A stretch of DNA of 64,000 bases from Calditrichaceae bacterium (GCA_050173015.1 JBFXLE010000007.1:96001-160000), one strand, 5' to 3'; numbered from the stretch's first letter, positions 51,235 through 61,758 are shown. Made by a program: numbers and translations. Notes: generated from the letters alone by a model not told the origin.

Positions 51235-53557
51235 TGAATATAATTCTGTATACCTGATCAAAATGCTTTACAAACTTTAGTTCAATTCCTTCATATACCT
51301 GCGCTTCCATATCCTTGATGTCGCTTTTATTCTCTTCCGGAAGAATAATTGTTTTTATACCATGTCTTTTAGCGGCAAGCAATTTTTCATTTAATCCGCC
51401 AACAGCCAGTATATTTCCTCGCAGAGTTATTTCCCCCGTCATAGCGATATCCGTTGGATAAGCGACATTTTTCAATGCTGAAATGACAGCTGTCGTAAGG
51501 GTTATACCAGCTGAAGGACCATCTTTAGGGACGGCGCCTTCGGGTAGATGAATATGAACATCGTATTTGTTGATAAATTCCGGATCGATATTATATTTTT
51601 TACTGCGGGACCGGATATAACTCATAGCGATTACGGCTGATTCCTGCATCACATCTCCCAGCTTACCGGTGAGCGTCAATTTATCCTTACCCTGAAGAAG
51701 ATTCACTTCGATCCTGAGAATATCGCCACCATAAGATGTCCACGCGAGTCCTGTTGCAACCCCTATTTCACCGTTGCTCTTTAATCCCCTCGATGGATAT
51801 TTGGGTTCACCTAAATATTTTTTCAGGTTTTTCAAAGCCACATTAATTTCTTTTTTTCTTTTGTTTTTCAGCAGTTCCATGACTGCCTGCCGGCAAATTT
51901 TGCTTATTTGCCTCTCCAAATTACGTACTCCGGCTTCCATCGTATAATTGACGATGATCTCATTGATAGACTCATCATCGATTTGAAATTCACCTTTTTC
52001 CAAACCGTGAATTTTCATCTGCTTGGCTATCAAATGTTTCCGGGCAATCTGCAGTTTTTCGAAATCCTGATATCCCGGCAGCTCAATAATCTCCATACGA
52101 TCCAGCAACGCATCCGGTATATCGTAGGGATTATTCGCGGTTACGATAAACATGACATTGGAAAGACTATATTCGACTTCAAGATAGTGATCCATGAAAC
52201 TTTTGTTTTGCTCAGGGTCGAGGACTTCAAGAAGCGCGGAGGCAGGATCACCATGGTAATCATGCCCAAGTTTGTCCACTTCATCAAGCAAAAAGACCGG
52301 ATTTTTCACACCGGCTTTTTTCATCCCCTGAATTATTTTTCCGGGCATTGAACCAATATAGGTTCTCCTGTGCCCTCGGATTTCGGCCTCATCATGTACA
52401 CCACCGAGCGAAATCCGTATGAACTCCCTGTTCATGGATCGGGCGATTGATTTTCCGAGCGATGTTTTTCCGACACCCGGGGGGCCGGCAAGACATAATA
52501 TCGCTCCCTGCATTTTTTTAACCCTCTGCAGGACCGCGATATATTCCAGAATTCTTTTTTTGGGTTTTTCCAACCCGTGATGATCTTCATCGAGGATTTT
52601 CTGCGCGGCAGTTATACTCGTTGTATCATTTGTCATTTTGTTCCATGGCACCGAAACCAGCCACTCTATATACGTCCTGATGACATTCGATTCCGGTGAT
52701 AATTGCGGAATCTTTGCAAAACGCTGTAACTCCTCCATCGCCTTCGCGTGAACATCGGCTGGCATGGACGCGCTTTTTATTTTCTTCTTTAAGTGATGTA
52801 TTTCCAGGGCAATTTCATCTTCTTCGCCCAGTTCATCCCGGATGATTCTCATCTGTTCCTGGAGATAAAAATTTCGCTGCGATTTCATCATTTCATCACG
52901 AACTCTGCCATCAAGGTCCGTTTTAATTGTCAGAACCTGATTTTCTTTTCGTAACAGCTGCAGCAGATGATCCAGACGGGCTTCATAATCCCATCTTTCA
53001 AGAAGTTTTTGTTTTTCCGCGATTCGAACATCAAGATAGGTCGCGACAAAATCAATTATTTTTTCTGCTTCTTCCAATTGATTAAAAGAAAACAGGATTT
53101 CTTCAGGGATTTCATCATTCATCTTTATATAATCTTTAAAAAGCTCGCTAAGCTGGCGCCTCTTTGCTTCCATCTCTTCTGTTACATCAATAATATCAGG
53201 AGGTAAATCCAACTTTGCCTCAATAAATTTTTTCTTTTCACGATAGCGTGATACCTTTGCCCTGGCAACACCCTCAACAAGAATTTTAATTAGACCATTC
53301 GGTAATTTTACCATCTGGAGTATCTGGCCGACCACGCCAACCCTGAACAGATCTTTGGGATGAACATCTTCCAAAAGTGAATCTTTCTGGGCCACTAAAA
53401 ATATACTTTTATTATCCAGCATGGCCAGCTCGATGGACTCAATGGACTGTTTCCTGCCGACAATCAGCGGAACAACCATGTGCGGAAAAACAACAAGATC
53501 TTTTAACGGCAATACATGAAAAATCTTTTTGTTAAGCAGATTTGATTCTCTTGGCAT
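51215..53557 (-). CDS. lon: ATP-dependent protease La (LonA)
   Basis: Lon N-domain, Walker A GPPGVGKTS, LLDEVDK, catalytic PKDGPSAG and GGLNEK. Confidence 0.98.
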   Translation of the reverse strand: MPRESNLLNKKIFHVLPLKDLVVFPHMVVPLIVGRKQSIESIELAMLDNKSIFLVAQKDSLLEDVHPKDLFRVGVVGQILQMVKLPNGLIKILVEGVARAKVSRYREKKKFIEAKLDLPPDIIDVTEEMEAKRRQLSELFKDYIKMNDEIPEEILFSFNQLEEAEKIIDFVATYLDVRIAEKQKLLERWDYEARLDHLLQLLRKENQVLTIKTDLDGRVRDEMMKSQRNFYLQEQMRIIRDELGEEDEIALEIHHLKKKIKSASMPADVHAKAMEELQRFAKIPQLSPESNVIRTYIEWLVSVPWNKMTNDTTSITAAQKILDEDHHGLEKPKKRILEYIAVLQRVKKMQGAILCLAGPPGVGKTSLGKSIARSMNREFIRISLGGVHDEAEIRGHRRTYIGSMPGKIIQGMKKAGVKNPVFLLDEVDKLGHDYHGDPASALLEVLDPEQNKSFMDHYLEVEYSLSNVMFIVTANNPYDIPDALLDRMEIIELPGYQDFEKLQIARKHLIAKQMKIHGLEKGEFQIDDESINEIIVNYTMEAGVRNLERQISKICRQAVMELLKNKRKKEINVALKNLKKYLGEPKYPSRGLKSNGEIGVATGLAWTSYGGDILRIEVNLLQGKDKLTLTGKLGDVMQESAVIAMSYIRSRSKKYNIDPEFINKYDVHIHLPEGAVPKDGPSAGITLTTAVISALKNVAYPTDIAMTGEITLRGNILAVGGLNEKLLAAKRHGIKTIILPEENKSDIKDMEAQVYEGIELKFVKHFDQVYRIIFNNKKSA

Positions 53558-53581
53558 GTATACTCTTTGTCCTTTTATTTC

Positions 53582-53610
53582 AAAAAAAAAGCGGAGCCAA
53601 GCCCCGCTCT
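53582..53610 (-). terminator. Rho-independent terminator between clpX and lon
   Basis: Minus strand AGCGGGGC-TTG-GCTCCGCT followed by a T-tract. Confidence 0.75.
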
Positions 53611-53631
53611 ATATTTGTCTTCAAATAAAAT

Positions 53632-54879
53632 TTATGCGCTTTGCTTTGAAGAAGAATATTCAAATTTCGGTTCTTCCTGCTTCATAACCGAATTGTAGGT
53701 TATTGTAACTGATTTTAATTTGGTCATTGATGGCACTTTAAACATCACATCAAGCATGATATTTTCAAGTATGGAACGAAGCGCGCGCGCGCCTGTTTTA
53801 CGTTTCATTGCCAGTTCAACAACGCCGCGGAGAGCTTTATCATCAAAGATCAGCTCCACACCTTCCATCTCCATCAGTTTCTTGTATTGTTTAACCAGTG
53901 CATTTTTCGTATCAGTCAAAATGGAATACAACGCTTTTTCGTCCAGTTCGTTCAATGACCCCAAAACCGGTAACCGACCGATGAGCTCCGGAATCAGACC
54001 GTATTGCAACATATCTTCCGGTTCAACCATGCTGTATAACTGCCCTTTGGACAAGGCGTTTTTACTATTGAGATCTTTTTCAAAACCGATATTCTTTTCG
54101 CCGACTCTTCTCCTGACGATATCTTCGAGCCCCTCGAACGCGCCGCCGCAAATAAAAAGAATATTTTTTGTGTCAACATTTATTAGATTTTGTTCAGGAT
54201 GCTTTCTTCCACCCTTAGGAGGTATGCTTGACACCGTTCCTTCAAGCATTTTTAAGATGGCCTGCTGAACACCCTCACCGGAAACATCCCGCGTAATAGA
54301 AGGATTACCGTCTTTACGGGCTATTTTATCAATTTCATCAATATATACAATTCCCCGCTGGGTCTGCTCAAGATTATAATTGGCCGCCTGATATAGACGG
54401 ACAAGAATATTTTCAACATCCTCACCGACGTATCCTGCCTCTGTTAATACCGTCGCATCTGCAATGGAAAACGGTACCTTCAGAACACGGGCCAGCGTTT
54501 GGGCAAGCAGTGTTTTTCCCGTTCCCGTCGGACCAAGCAGAAGAATATTGCTCTTCTCGATCTCAACATCAGAGACTTCTGTCCCGGTATTAATTCTTTT
54601 ATAGTGATTATAGACCGCGACGGATAATATGGTCTTCGCCCGATCCTGTCCGATCACATATCTATCCAGTTCCGATTTAATATCAGCCGGCGGTACCAGC
54701 CGGTGTTCATCCAGCAAATTCGATTCTTTTTTGTGCCGGGCAATAATCTCCGTAGCGCTGCGGACACAATCATTACAAATATGTACATCCGGACCGGAAA
54801 TCAAACTTTCAACTTCCTCAGCCGATCTGCCGCAGAATGAACAACGATATACGGGATTCCGTAGATTCCTTCTACTCAT
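53632..54879 (-). CDS. clpX: ATP-dependent Clp protease ATP-binding subunit ClpX
   Basis: Zn finger CSFCG...[30 protein letters not shown] loop; ATG at 54879 overlaps the clpP stop, and the track start at 54996 lies inside clpP. Confidence 0.98.
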   Translation of the reverse strand: MSRRNLRNPVYRCSFCGRSAEEVESLISGPDVHICNDCVRSATEIIARHKKESNLLDEHRLVPPADIKSELDRYVIGQDRAKTILSVAVYNHYKRINTGTEVSDVEIEKSNILLLGPTGTGKTLLAQTLARVLKVPFSIADATVLTEAGYVGEDVENILVRLYQAANYNLEQTQRGIVYIDEIDKIARKDGNPSITRDVSGEGVQQAILKMLEGTVSSIPPKGGRKHPEQNLINVDTKNILFICGGAFEGLEDIVRRRVGEKNIGFEKDLNSKNALSKGQLYSMVEPEDMLQYGLIPELIGRLPVLGSLNELDEKALYSILTDTKNALVKQYKKLMEMEGVELIFDDKALRGVVELAMKRKTGARALRSILENIMLDVMFKVPSMTKLKSVTITYNSVMKQEEPKFEYSSSKQSA

Positions 54880-55489
54880 TCTTTTTCTTTCCCTTTTCTT
54901 TTGAATTAGATCTGGGTTCCAGCACTTTATCGATGATTCCGTAATCCAGCGCCTCCTGAGAAGACATAAAATAATTTCTGTCCGTATCCTTCTCAATCTG
55001 GTTTACTGTTTTACCTGTGGAATCTGCCAGAATTTTATTAAGAATCGCCCGGATACGCAGAATCTCATTTGCCGCGATCTGAATATCCGACGCCTGCCCC
55101 TCTGCGCCTCCAAGAGGTTGATGAATCATAATTCTGGAATGCGGAAGCGCGTATCGTTTTCCTTTGGTGCCCGCGGCAAGCAATACCGCGCCCATACTCG
55201 CGGCCTGTCCCATACAGGTGGTCACGACATCAGGTTTAATATATTTAATCGTATCATAAATTGCCAGTCCCGAGGAAACAATACCTCCCGGCGAATTAAC
55301 ATAAAGGAAAATATCCTTATCCGGATCTTCCGCTTCAAGGAACAATAGCTGGGAAATGATGAGACTTGAAATATTATCATCAATCGGCGTACCCAAAAAT
55401 ATAATCCGTTCCTTTAACAATCTCGAATAAATGTCATAGGCGCGTTCACCACGCCCCGTTTGCTCTATAACCATGGGGATGAGAGTCAT
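54872..55489 (-). CDS. clpP: ATP-dependent Clp protease proteolytic subunit
   Basis: [31 protein letters not shown]. Confidence 0.98.
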   Translation of the reverse strand: MTLIPMVIEQTGRGERAYDIYSRLLKERIIFLGTPIDDNISSLIISQLLFLEAEDPDKDIFLYVNSPGGIVSSGLAIYDTIKYIKPDVVTTCMGQAASMGAVLLAAGTKGKRYALPHSRIMIHQPLGGAEGQASDIQIAANEILRIRAILNKILADSTGKTVNQIEKDTDRNYFMSSQEALDYGIIDKVLEPRSNSKEKGKKKNE

Positions 55490-55577
55490 GCTCAATCCTT
55501 TCCTGCGTTCATTTTAGTACATCGTAAAATACATCGCCTTATTCAGTTCATTGCAAATATAAAAAGAATCAAGATGT

Positions 55578-56837
55578 TTAATCCAGCTTGATCTCATTAT
55601 CTTTGACTTTGCTGTTTTCCACAAGGAAATCATAGATTTTCTTGTCTGCAAGGTCTTCCCTGACTCTTTCCATCAAACCCGGATTGGATTCATAGATTTC
55701 CCGAACTTTTTCATCCTTTAGATTTTCCATGAATTTCTTAATATCAGTGTCTTCGACTTCAATCTTCTCTTCTTTAGCAATTTGATCTTTCAGGTAATGC
55801 CATTTGATATTAAAAAGCGCTTCAGACTCATAGTGCTGACGAATCGCGTCTTCTTTTAATTTCGGATCACGGGTTTTTACATCTTTCACGATATGATTTA
55901 AATAATTTTCGATTAATGCTTTTGGCACATCAAAAGGATTCTCATCGAGAAGTTTTTGGGATAATTCCTGCGCGAACCGCGCATCCGCTTCGTGCTGATA
56001 ATCATGTTCCAGACGTTCCCTGGTGAATTTTCTTAAATCGTCAACCGTTTGCATTTCGCCGCCCAGCTCTTTAACAAATTCTTCATTAAGCTCAGGCAGC
56101 TCCTCTTTTAAAACATTTTTGATAGTAATTGAATATGATTCTTTCTTACCGGCCATTTCCTTCTGAGGAAAATCTTCTGGATATGTTTTGCTGATTGTTT
56201 TAGTGTCGCCATTTTTTAGTCCCAGCAACTGTTCCTCCAGATCCGGATCAAACCGACCTTCACCGATACTGACCTGAATATCTTTGTATTTGCGACCAAC
56301 AACCGGTTTGCCTTCAGAGTCTAATTCCTGCATATCCAAGGTGACGATATGGCTGTTCTCAATCGCGTTTTCTACCGGAACTCTGGTTGCTTTTTCTTTT
56401 AACAGTTTTCCAATTGTTTCATCTACAAATTTATCTGTTATTTCATATTTATCTTTGGTGAATTCAAAACCCTTATATCCATTCAGCTCTATTTCCGGAT
56501 AAGTATCTACATCGATGACAATCTCAAGATTGCCTTCTTTGTTATATTCCACTTTTTTGGCTTCAGGGGTGCCGACCACATCAATTTTATGCTCTTCAAC
56601 CGACTGCTGTAGCGCTTCCTGAACTGCCGCTTCCAGAGTATAAGCCTCAATCGCATCGGCATACTGCCTTTTCACCAGAGAAAGAGGCGCTTTTCCCTTA
56701 CGAAATCCCGGATACTGAACTTCTTTCTGAACCTGCTTTGTTTCTTTTACGCGAAGCGGTTCCAGATCACTTTTATCCATTTTTATATTTAGTTCTTTTC
56801 TGCAACTGGATATTTTTTTAACTTCACTGCTGACCAT
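55578..56837 (-). CDS. tig: Trigger factor
   Basis: PGFRKGKAP ribosome-binding motif, FKBP-like middle domain; canonical tig-clpP-clpX-lon order. Confidence 0.93.
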   Translation of the reverse strand: MVSSEVKKISSCRKELNIKMDKSDLEPLRVKETKQVQKEVQYPGFRKGKAPLSLVKRQYADAIEAYTLEAAVQEALQQSVEEHKIDVVGTPEAKKVEYNKEGNLEIVIDVDTYPEIELNGYKGFEFTKDKYEITDKFVDETIGKLLKEKATRVPVENAIENSHIVTLDMQELDSEGKPVVGRKYKDIQVSIGEGRFDPDLEEQLLGLKNGDTKTISKTYPEDFPQKEMAGKKESYSITIKNVLKEELPELNEEFVKELGGEMQTVDDLRKFTRERLEHDYQHEADARFAQELSQKLLDENPFDVPKALIENYLNHIVKDVKTRDPKLKEDAIRQHYESEALFNIKWHYLKDQIAKEEKIEVEDTDIKKFMENLKDEKVREIYESNPGLMERVREDLADKKIYDFLVENSKVKDNEIKLD

Positions 56838-56882
56838 TCCTTCAAATTCCTCCTGAAAGTATAAATTAAAATCAATCTTAGT

Positions 56883-56911
56883 AATTTAGCTTGAATCATT
56901 GCTAAATGCAA
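56883..56911 (-). promoter_or_regulatory. Putative tig promoter overlapped by a palindrome
   Basis: Minus strand TTGCAT-N17-TAAATT; ATTTAGC-N10-GCTAAAT inverted repeat at 56884-56907. Confidence 0.55.
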
Positions 56912-56950
56912 ATTTATCATATGCTCTCCAGCCCGCGTATATCAATGATA

Positions 56951-57721
56951 TTAAAACAAAAACTCAAGCCCGTTTGATATTTCCAAATCGCTGTTTTTGA
57001 CCTCCCCGGGAGGGTTATTATCGTACCTGTGGTTAATCATGACCGCGATACTCAAACGACTGTTGATAGTAAATGAGATGTTGCCTTCCGATAGAATCCT
57101 GTAATCTGAAAAATCTTCAAAAGCCGCCTGAAAGTAACTAATCAACTGAAACCGCACCCGTTCATCCTTTTTCCAGAACAAACCAAGATAGTTAGTCGTT
57201 CTAATCAGACTTTTTTCAGGTTCGATATCATCATTATACGATTCATTTTCAAACATTATTCCTGTACCAAGATATGTTTTCAGCTCCTGCGCATCATTTC
57301 CGGCGGGTTTCTTTTGAAGAATAGTGAATCTCAATCCTGTACCTGCCAAATTACGGTCACTCAGCATAATAAATTCATCATATTCTTTCTGAAGGAACGA
57401 TTCCGCTGCTACTTTATTGTTTAGGGTTTTCTGCCCTCTTAAATGTATAAATCCTTTATTAGTATAACGTCTGTCGTCTTTTTCTCCCTGCTGGTAATCC
57501 AAAACGCCGAAGAAATGATACTCGCCACGCAAGTAATCGCTTCGAAGTCCCGTTTTTATTTTATACAGATTTGTGTTTCCGGACTGATATGAAATGCTAA
57601 AATTTGCTTTGTTGTGGAGCCCCGGGGAAACTTTAAACTTTCTAAGCGCTTCCGTGTTTACCTGCGCTTTCAGGAGAGAGCAGGAAATCATCACTAATAG
57701 TACTATTTTAATAATCCGCAT
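56951..57721 (-). CDS. DUF481-like outer-membrane beta-barrel protein
   Basis: Signal peptide, SGNT motif, amphipathic strands, RYDNNPP loop, C-terminal aromatic LEFLF. Confidence 0.7.
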   Translation of the reverse strand: MRIIKIVLLVMISCSLLKAQVNTEALRKFKVSPGLHNKANFSISYQSGNTNLYKIKTGLRSDYLRGEYHFFGVLDYQQGEKDDRRYTNKGFIHLRGQKTLNNKVAAESFLQKEYDEFIMLSDRNLAGTGLRFTILQKKPAGNDAQELKTYLGTGIMFENESYNDDIEPEKSLIRTTNYLGLFWKKDERVRFQLISYFQAAFEDFSDYRILSEGNISFTINSRLSIAVMINHRYDNNPPGEVKNSDLEISNGLEFLF

Positions 57722-57792
57722 AATCCTTTACCATTTTTGAATTAATCTTTTTATGAATTGAATAAATCAGCCAACCGACCGTTACAATCTTC

Positions 57793-58803
57793 CTATATTT
57801 TTACAACGACCTTTCCCATGCTGTTGCGGGATTCAATAAACCGGTGTGATGCCGGTAAATCATTGAACGAAAACACCTTGCCTATGACCGGTCTGATATT
57901 ATGGTTTATAACAAAAGCTTTTAAATCACCATATATCTCGCTCATTTTATCAGGATCATCCAGGAGATATCCAAGATGCGTGGCCATCACCCCGGTTGAT
58001 TTCATCGCCATTTTAACCACACTTGCCGAGGGGACATCCCTCCAGGTTTTCCACCATGAGACCGGATTCCATTTTTTCAGATCGAGACTGGCAAATCCGG
58101 CAACAATCATTCTGCCAAACGGGTTTAATAAATTCATACCGTTCTTATAAACAGTTCCACCGACGAGATCGAGAACAGCATCCACACCGGGTAGCGTTTC
58201 TGAAATTTCCCTGAAATAATCCTTCTTCCTGTAATTAAATCCCTTTTTGGCGCCAAGCGACTCTATAAGCTCGATTTTTTCATCATTGCCAACCATCCCG
58301 TAAACTTTACATCCAAATGCCGACGCAAGCTGAACGGCCGCCGTACCCACTCCGCCTGCCGCCGCAGTGATCAAAACAGATTCATTCGGTCGTAGTCGCC
58401 CCATTTCAAACAATGCTACCCACGCGGTCATATAATTAACTGGAAACGCAGCATTTTCTTCCGGTGAAAACTTATCAATACCGCTAAGCGCCCTCTGCGA
58501 ACCAACTACAACTTTTTCCGCGTAACAGCCATATTGTGTGCCGATTACGACCTTTTCACCGATCCGGGAAGAATCAATACCATCCCCCACTGCAGTGATC
58601 GTCCCACTCGCCTCCATTCCCGGAATATACGGGCGTTTTGGCGCCCAGCCATACAGTCCTTTACGGGAGAGAATTTCAGCATAATTTATTCCAATACAAT
58701 CAACCGCCACCTGCACCTGGCCGGCCATAGGCACAGGATCATCTGTACGGGACATCTTCAAAACTTCCGGAGAACCTGTTTTCTTTAGAAAATAAGCGTT
58801 CAT
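57793..58803 (-). CDS. MDR-family NAD(P)H:quinone oxidoreductase-like protein
   Basis: GINYAE, PYIPGMEASG, PVNYMTAW, AAAGGVGTAAVQL, GKVVV; no catalytic-Zn Cys motif. Confidence 0.88.
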   Translation of the reverse strand: MNAYFLKKTGSPEVLKMSRTDDPVPMAGQVQVAVDCIGINYAEILSRKGLYGWAPKRPYIPGMEASGTITAVGDGIDSSRIGEKVVIGTQYGCYAEKVVVGSQRALSGIDKFSPEENAAFPVNYMTAWVALFEMGRLRPNESVLITAAAGGVGTAAVQLASAFGCKVYGMVGNDEKIELIESLGAKKGFNYRKKDYFREISETLPGVDAVLDLVGGTVYKNGMNLLNPFGRMIVAGFASLDLKKWNPVSWWKTWRDVPSASVVKMAMKSTGVMATHLGYLLDDPDKMSEIYGDLKAFVINHNIRPVIGKVFSFNDLPASHRFIESRNSMGKVVVKI

Positions 58804-58818
58804 CACTTTGAATCCTTC

Positions 58819-61428
58819 CTAAAAAGCAAACCCGATTTTCCAATACGTAAAAATCCCGTCATCCGATCGGGCGACATTTAATGAAGCTGTATAGTTACGG
58901 TTTACGGGCGCGAAATAAACACCTCCTCCAAAACTGCCGTGCCAGCCATCCGGGCTTTCACCTTCATACCATATTCGGCCCGCGTCTGTAAATCCGATTA
59001 CTCCGACATCCGATGGAAAAATAATCCGCGTTCTTTTCAGAAACCAGCGGATCTCTGCCCCCCCTGTGACGGCCACGTCTCCCGCAAAACGCTGGATATT
59101 ATATCCACGCAATGACTCCACCCCGCCGATGTACGCGGCATGATAATACGGAAATTCACCGGAGACATGCTGGATTTGAGTCCGGAAAGCGATAGTCACT
59201 CTCGTTTTTAGAGGAAGAAACGAATTTCCGTTCAAAGTCATACGTGTATAAGCATGGGTATTGTCAAACATTTCCGGATAATGTGTAATAAATCCGTTCA
59301 ACAATATACCGCGCCGCGCCGCAACCTCATTATCCCGGGTGTCATAGGTAAATCCGGCGCCTAAACCAAAGGTATGATGAATATCAATGCCATAAGGTCG
59401 CTGTATTTTGATCAGAGATTCTTCATCAAGTTCCGTAAACAGATATTGATATGAAAGATCAAATTGCACCGATATGGATGGCTGAATTTCTCTGAGTCCT
59501 TTTACATCCACGCGGAAATGATTATTTCTGGCGCGATAGAAGTGATCTTCTTCAAGGTTTTCGTCTTTTTTTGAATCATTCCCATAACCAAAAAAATTCG
59601 GTTTATCTTCCGGAACCGCGGTTTTGACATCAAATTTTAACCGCATACCGGGGATTATCTCAAAAAAATCTCCCTTGTACTCAATCTGAAAAGCGGAGGT
59701 ACGGAAGACATAACTTCCCGATAATTTGTGGCGGCTTACATACGGTTCCGCTCTGAATCCGTATTTGGTTACCTGAGCGCCTCCTCCCAGGAAAAGACCG
59801 TTATCGCGGTCATATCCGAATATCGGGAGCGGCGCCCAGACCGCTCCGTAATCAAACGGCGGCTGAAGTTCTTTACCCTGAAGTGTATGCTTCAGGCGTG
59901 ATTCCGGATAACCGATTGGCGGACGCTCAAAGGCTGATTTCTTTTTTGAAAGTACGACTTTCGCAGCCGTGCCTTCTTTAACCTTAATGCCCTTTTCCGT
60001 ATCATAAAAAAATATTTTCCCGGCAGTTTTTTCTCCGGCCAGCTGATCATCTCCCTTTCCCCCGATAATCCGGATGACAATCTTTTCAGCTCCCGCCCCG
60101 GTGACTCTTACTTCGTCATTACCGCCGAGCATATAAATCCTTATCTCATCGGTTTCTTGCGGTGTAAAAATTCTGCTGTAAAAAACCGATTTCTTCTGTT
60201 CTAATTCTGATATTGTCAATCGGATTTCACCATTTTCAAGCCTTGAAATCTCCAGCAGTTCAGGACTGTCAGTCAACTGAATATCAACCGCCTTCGTCAG
60301 TTGACGGTAATAGGACAACGCTAAATCGACCATCTGATCACGGCGTATTTTAAGACGCTTGACCACCAAGTTCCCGACCTGATTATAAATTTCATCCGGA
60401 AGCGCCTTTACCGCGTCTTCCAAAATCAGGTCATCCATTTGTTTAACAAAATCTTCCGATATCCGACGCCAATCTTCTTTCGTTAAAGAATTTAAGAGTC
60501 TGGCATCCAGATAGCGCGCTTTATGCGTAAGACTTATGATATCCGGATTGTTTTTGTTAAAGCCATCAATCCCCCTGTCCACCCATCTTTTATCGATTAT
60601 CGACGGAATGATTCCGTCATAGACGACAAAGGCAAAATCCCGGTCACGCGCGATCGGTTTCCATATATGAATCTCTCCTCTCTTAAAGCGCGCCCAGCGC
60701 CACTGATCCGCGTGGCGGTCCCAGTCACCAATAAATATATCCAGAAGCCGGGCGGTAAGATATGCCCGGGCATCAATCTTTTCACCGGGATCTTCATCCA
60801 GTTTTTTGCTAAATTTTTCAGTACCAATTATTTTATCGGAATCCGCAAATCCCGGCGTATCTTCTTCGCTCTCATCCGCTCTTTCTTCTATTGAACCCAA
60901 CAAGCCGGCGAAATCGTTATAATATTCACCTAAGATTTTATCATGAGGCATTACGAAGTAATAAGGTTTTGAATGCAGAACATCGAGCCTGTCTGCCAGC
61001 TTATCGACGATCAGCGAGCCGAAAGGAAGCATAAGGCCGATCTGGTCCTTCCCGAAAGTTTCAATGATGGTGCCTTTTAATTCTTCAGGTAAAGCCCTTC
61101 CCGGAAACTTATCTACAGAACGAAATACCCATGTTTTTCCATCGGCGCCCTTAAATCGCAATGAATTGGTTTGCAGACCGCCGCCTCTTTTCAAAGGCAC
61201 CAGTCCTCCCGCGAAAGTATTAAGATCCAGTCGCGGCACTTGTACCGGAGTGTTCCATACATCACGATATCCATTGCCAAGAATCAATCTATGCAATTTA
61301 CCGGCTTGGTATTGGGCTCCCGGTATAATTGTCACGAGCGAATCGGAACTCGCGCTCAGACCGGTCACCAATATGCCCGTCAGAATGAATATCCGGTACA
61401 GAATCGTTGAATAGCTTAGATTCATCAT
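58819..61428 (-). CDS. Omp85-family barrel protein with N-terminal atypical kinase-like domain and RTX-like repeats
   Basis: Signal peptide; GGGLQT / FRSVDK / DWDRHADQW / RDRDFAF motifs; GGNDEV and GGKGDDQL repeats; barrel with NFFGYGN, LRGY..QRFAGD, FTDAGRIW and terminal GFAF. Confidence 0.8.
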   Translation of the reverse strand: MMNLSYSTILYRIFILTGILVTGLSASSDSLVTIIPGAQYQAGKLHRLILGNGYRDVWNTPVQVPRLDLNTFAGGLVPLKRGGGLQTNSLRFKGADGKTWVFRSVDKFPGRALPEELKGTIIETFGKDQIGLMLPFGSLIVDKLADRLDVLHSKPYYFVMPHDKILGEYYNDFAGLLGSIEERADESEEDTPGFADSDKIIGTEKFSKKLDEDPGEKIDARAYLTARLLDIFIGDWDRHADQWRWARFKRGEIHIWKPIARDRDFAFVVYDGIIPSIIDKRWVDRGIDGFNKNNPDIISLTHKARYLDARLLNSLTKEDWRRISEDFVKQMDDLILEDAVKALPDEIYNQVGNLVVKRLKIRRDQMVDLALSYYRQLTKAVDIQLTDSPELLEISRLENGEIRLTISELEQKKSVFYSRIFTPQETDEIRIYMLGGNDEVRVTGAGAEKIVIRIIGGKGDDQLAGEKTAGKIFFYDTEKGIKVKEGTAAKVVLSKKKSAFERPPIGYPESRLKHTLQGKELQPPFDYGAVWAPLPIFGYDRDNGLFLGGGAQVTKYGFRAEPYVSRHKLSGSYVFRTSAFQIEYKGDFFEIIPGMRLKFDVKTAVPEDKPNFFGYGNDSKKDENLEEDHFYRARNNHFRVDVKGLREIQPSISVQFDLSYQYLFTELDEESLIKIQRPYGIDIHHTFGLGAGFTYDTRDNEVAARRGILLNGFITHYPEMFDNTHAYTRMTLNGNSFLPLKTRVTIAFRTQIQHVSGEFPYYHAAYIGGVESLRGYNIQRFAGDVAVTGGAEIRWFLKRTRIIFPSDVGVIGFTDAGRIWYEGESPDGWHGSFGGGVYFAPVNRNYTASLNVARSDDGIFTYWKIGFAF

Positions 61429-61617
61429 CTTATTCCGTCTATTGCGGTTTAAACCGTGACACCAATCTGTTTAAATGACGACTTAATACTGATTCTAAAA
61501 ACTTCAAACATTATTATTTCAGGTGTGTGTCACATTATAAAATTAGATTATTCTATTTAAAAATCAACAATTTCCCTGATAAAACCTTGCTAAATTTAAC
61601 TTGAAGGAAATCATTGT

Positions 61618-61646
61618 TTGACATACTACGGCATATTTTTTATTTT
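61618..61646 (+). promoter_or_regulatory. Putative promoter of the carbonic anhydrase gene
   Basis: TTGACA-N17-TATTTT. Confidence 0.5.
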
Positions 61647-61758
61647 ATTAACAACTACCAGGTCATAGAAGTTCTTAACATTTTAGCCACGCTTTGAACA
61701 ATCTCATAACTGAGAGATATTGAATAAACCAAAACCATTAATATTTGGAGATTATTAA

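Noticed and set aside
54880-54996. 39-aa N-terminal extension of ClpX given by the track
   Set aside because: Lies inside clpP; the ATG at 54879, just before the Zn finger and coupled to the clpP stop, is the plausible start.
56884-56907. Canonical CIRCE element
   Set aside because: Inner arms and total length do not fit TTAGCACTC-N9-GAGTGCTAA; kept only as an unassigned palindrome.
61650-61758. Riboswitch in the roughly 100-nt leader of the carbonic anhydrase gene
   Set aside because: Only a weak ATCTC/GAGAT hairpin; no aptamer consensus or expression platform recognised.
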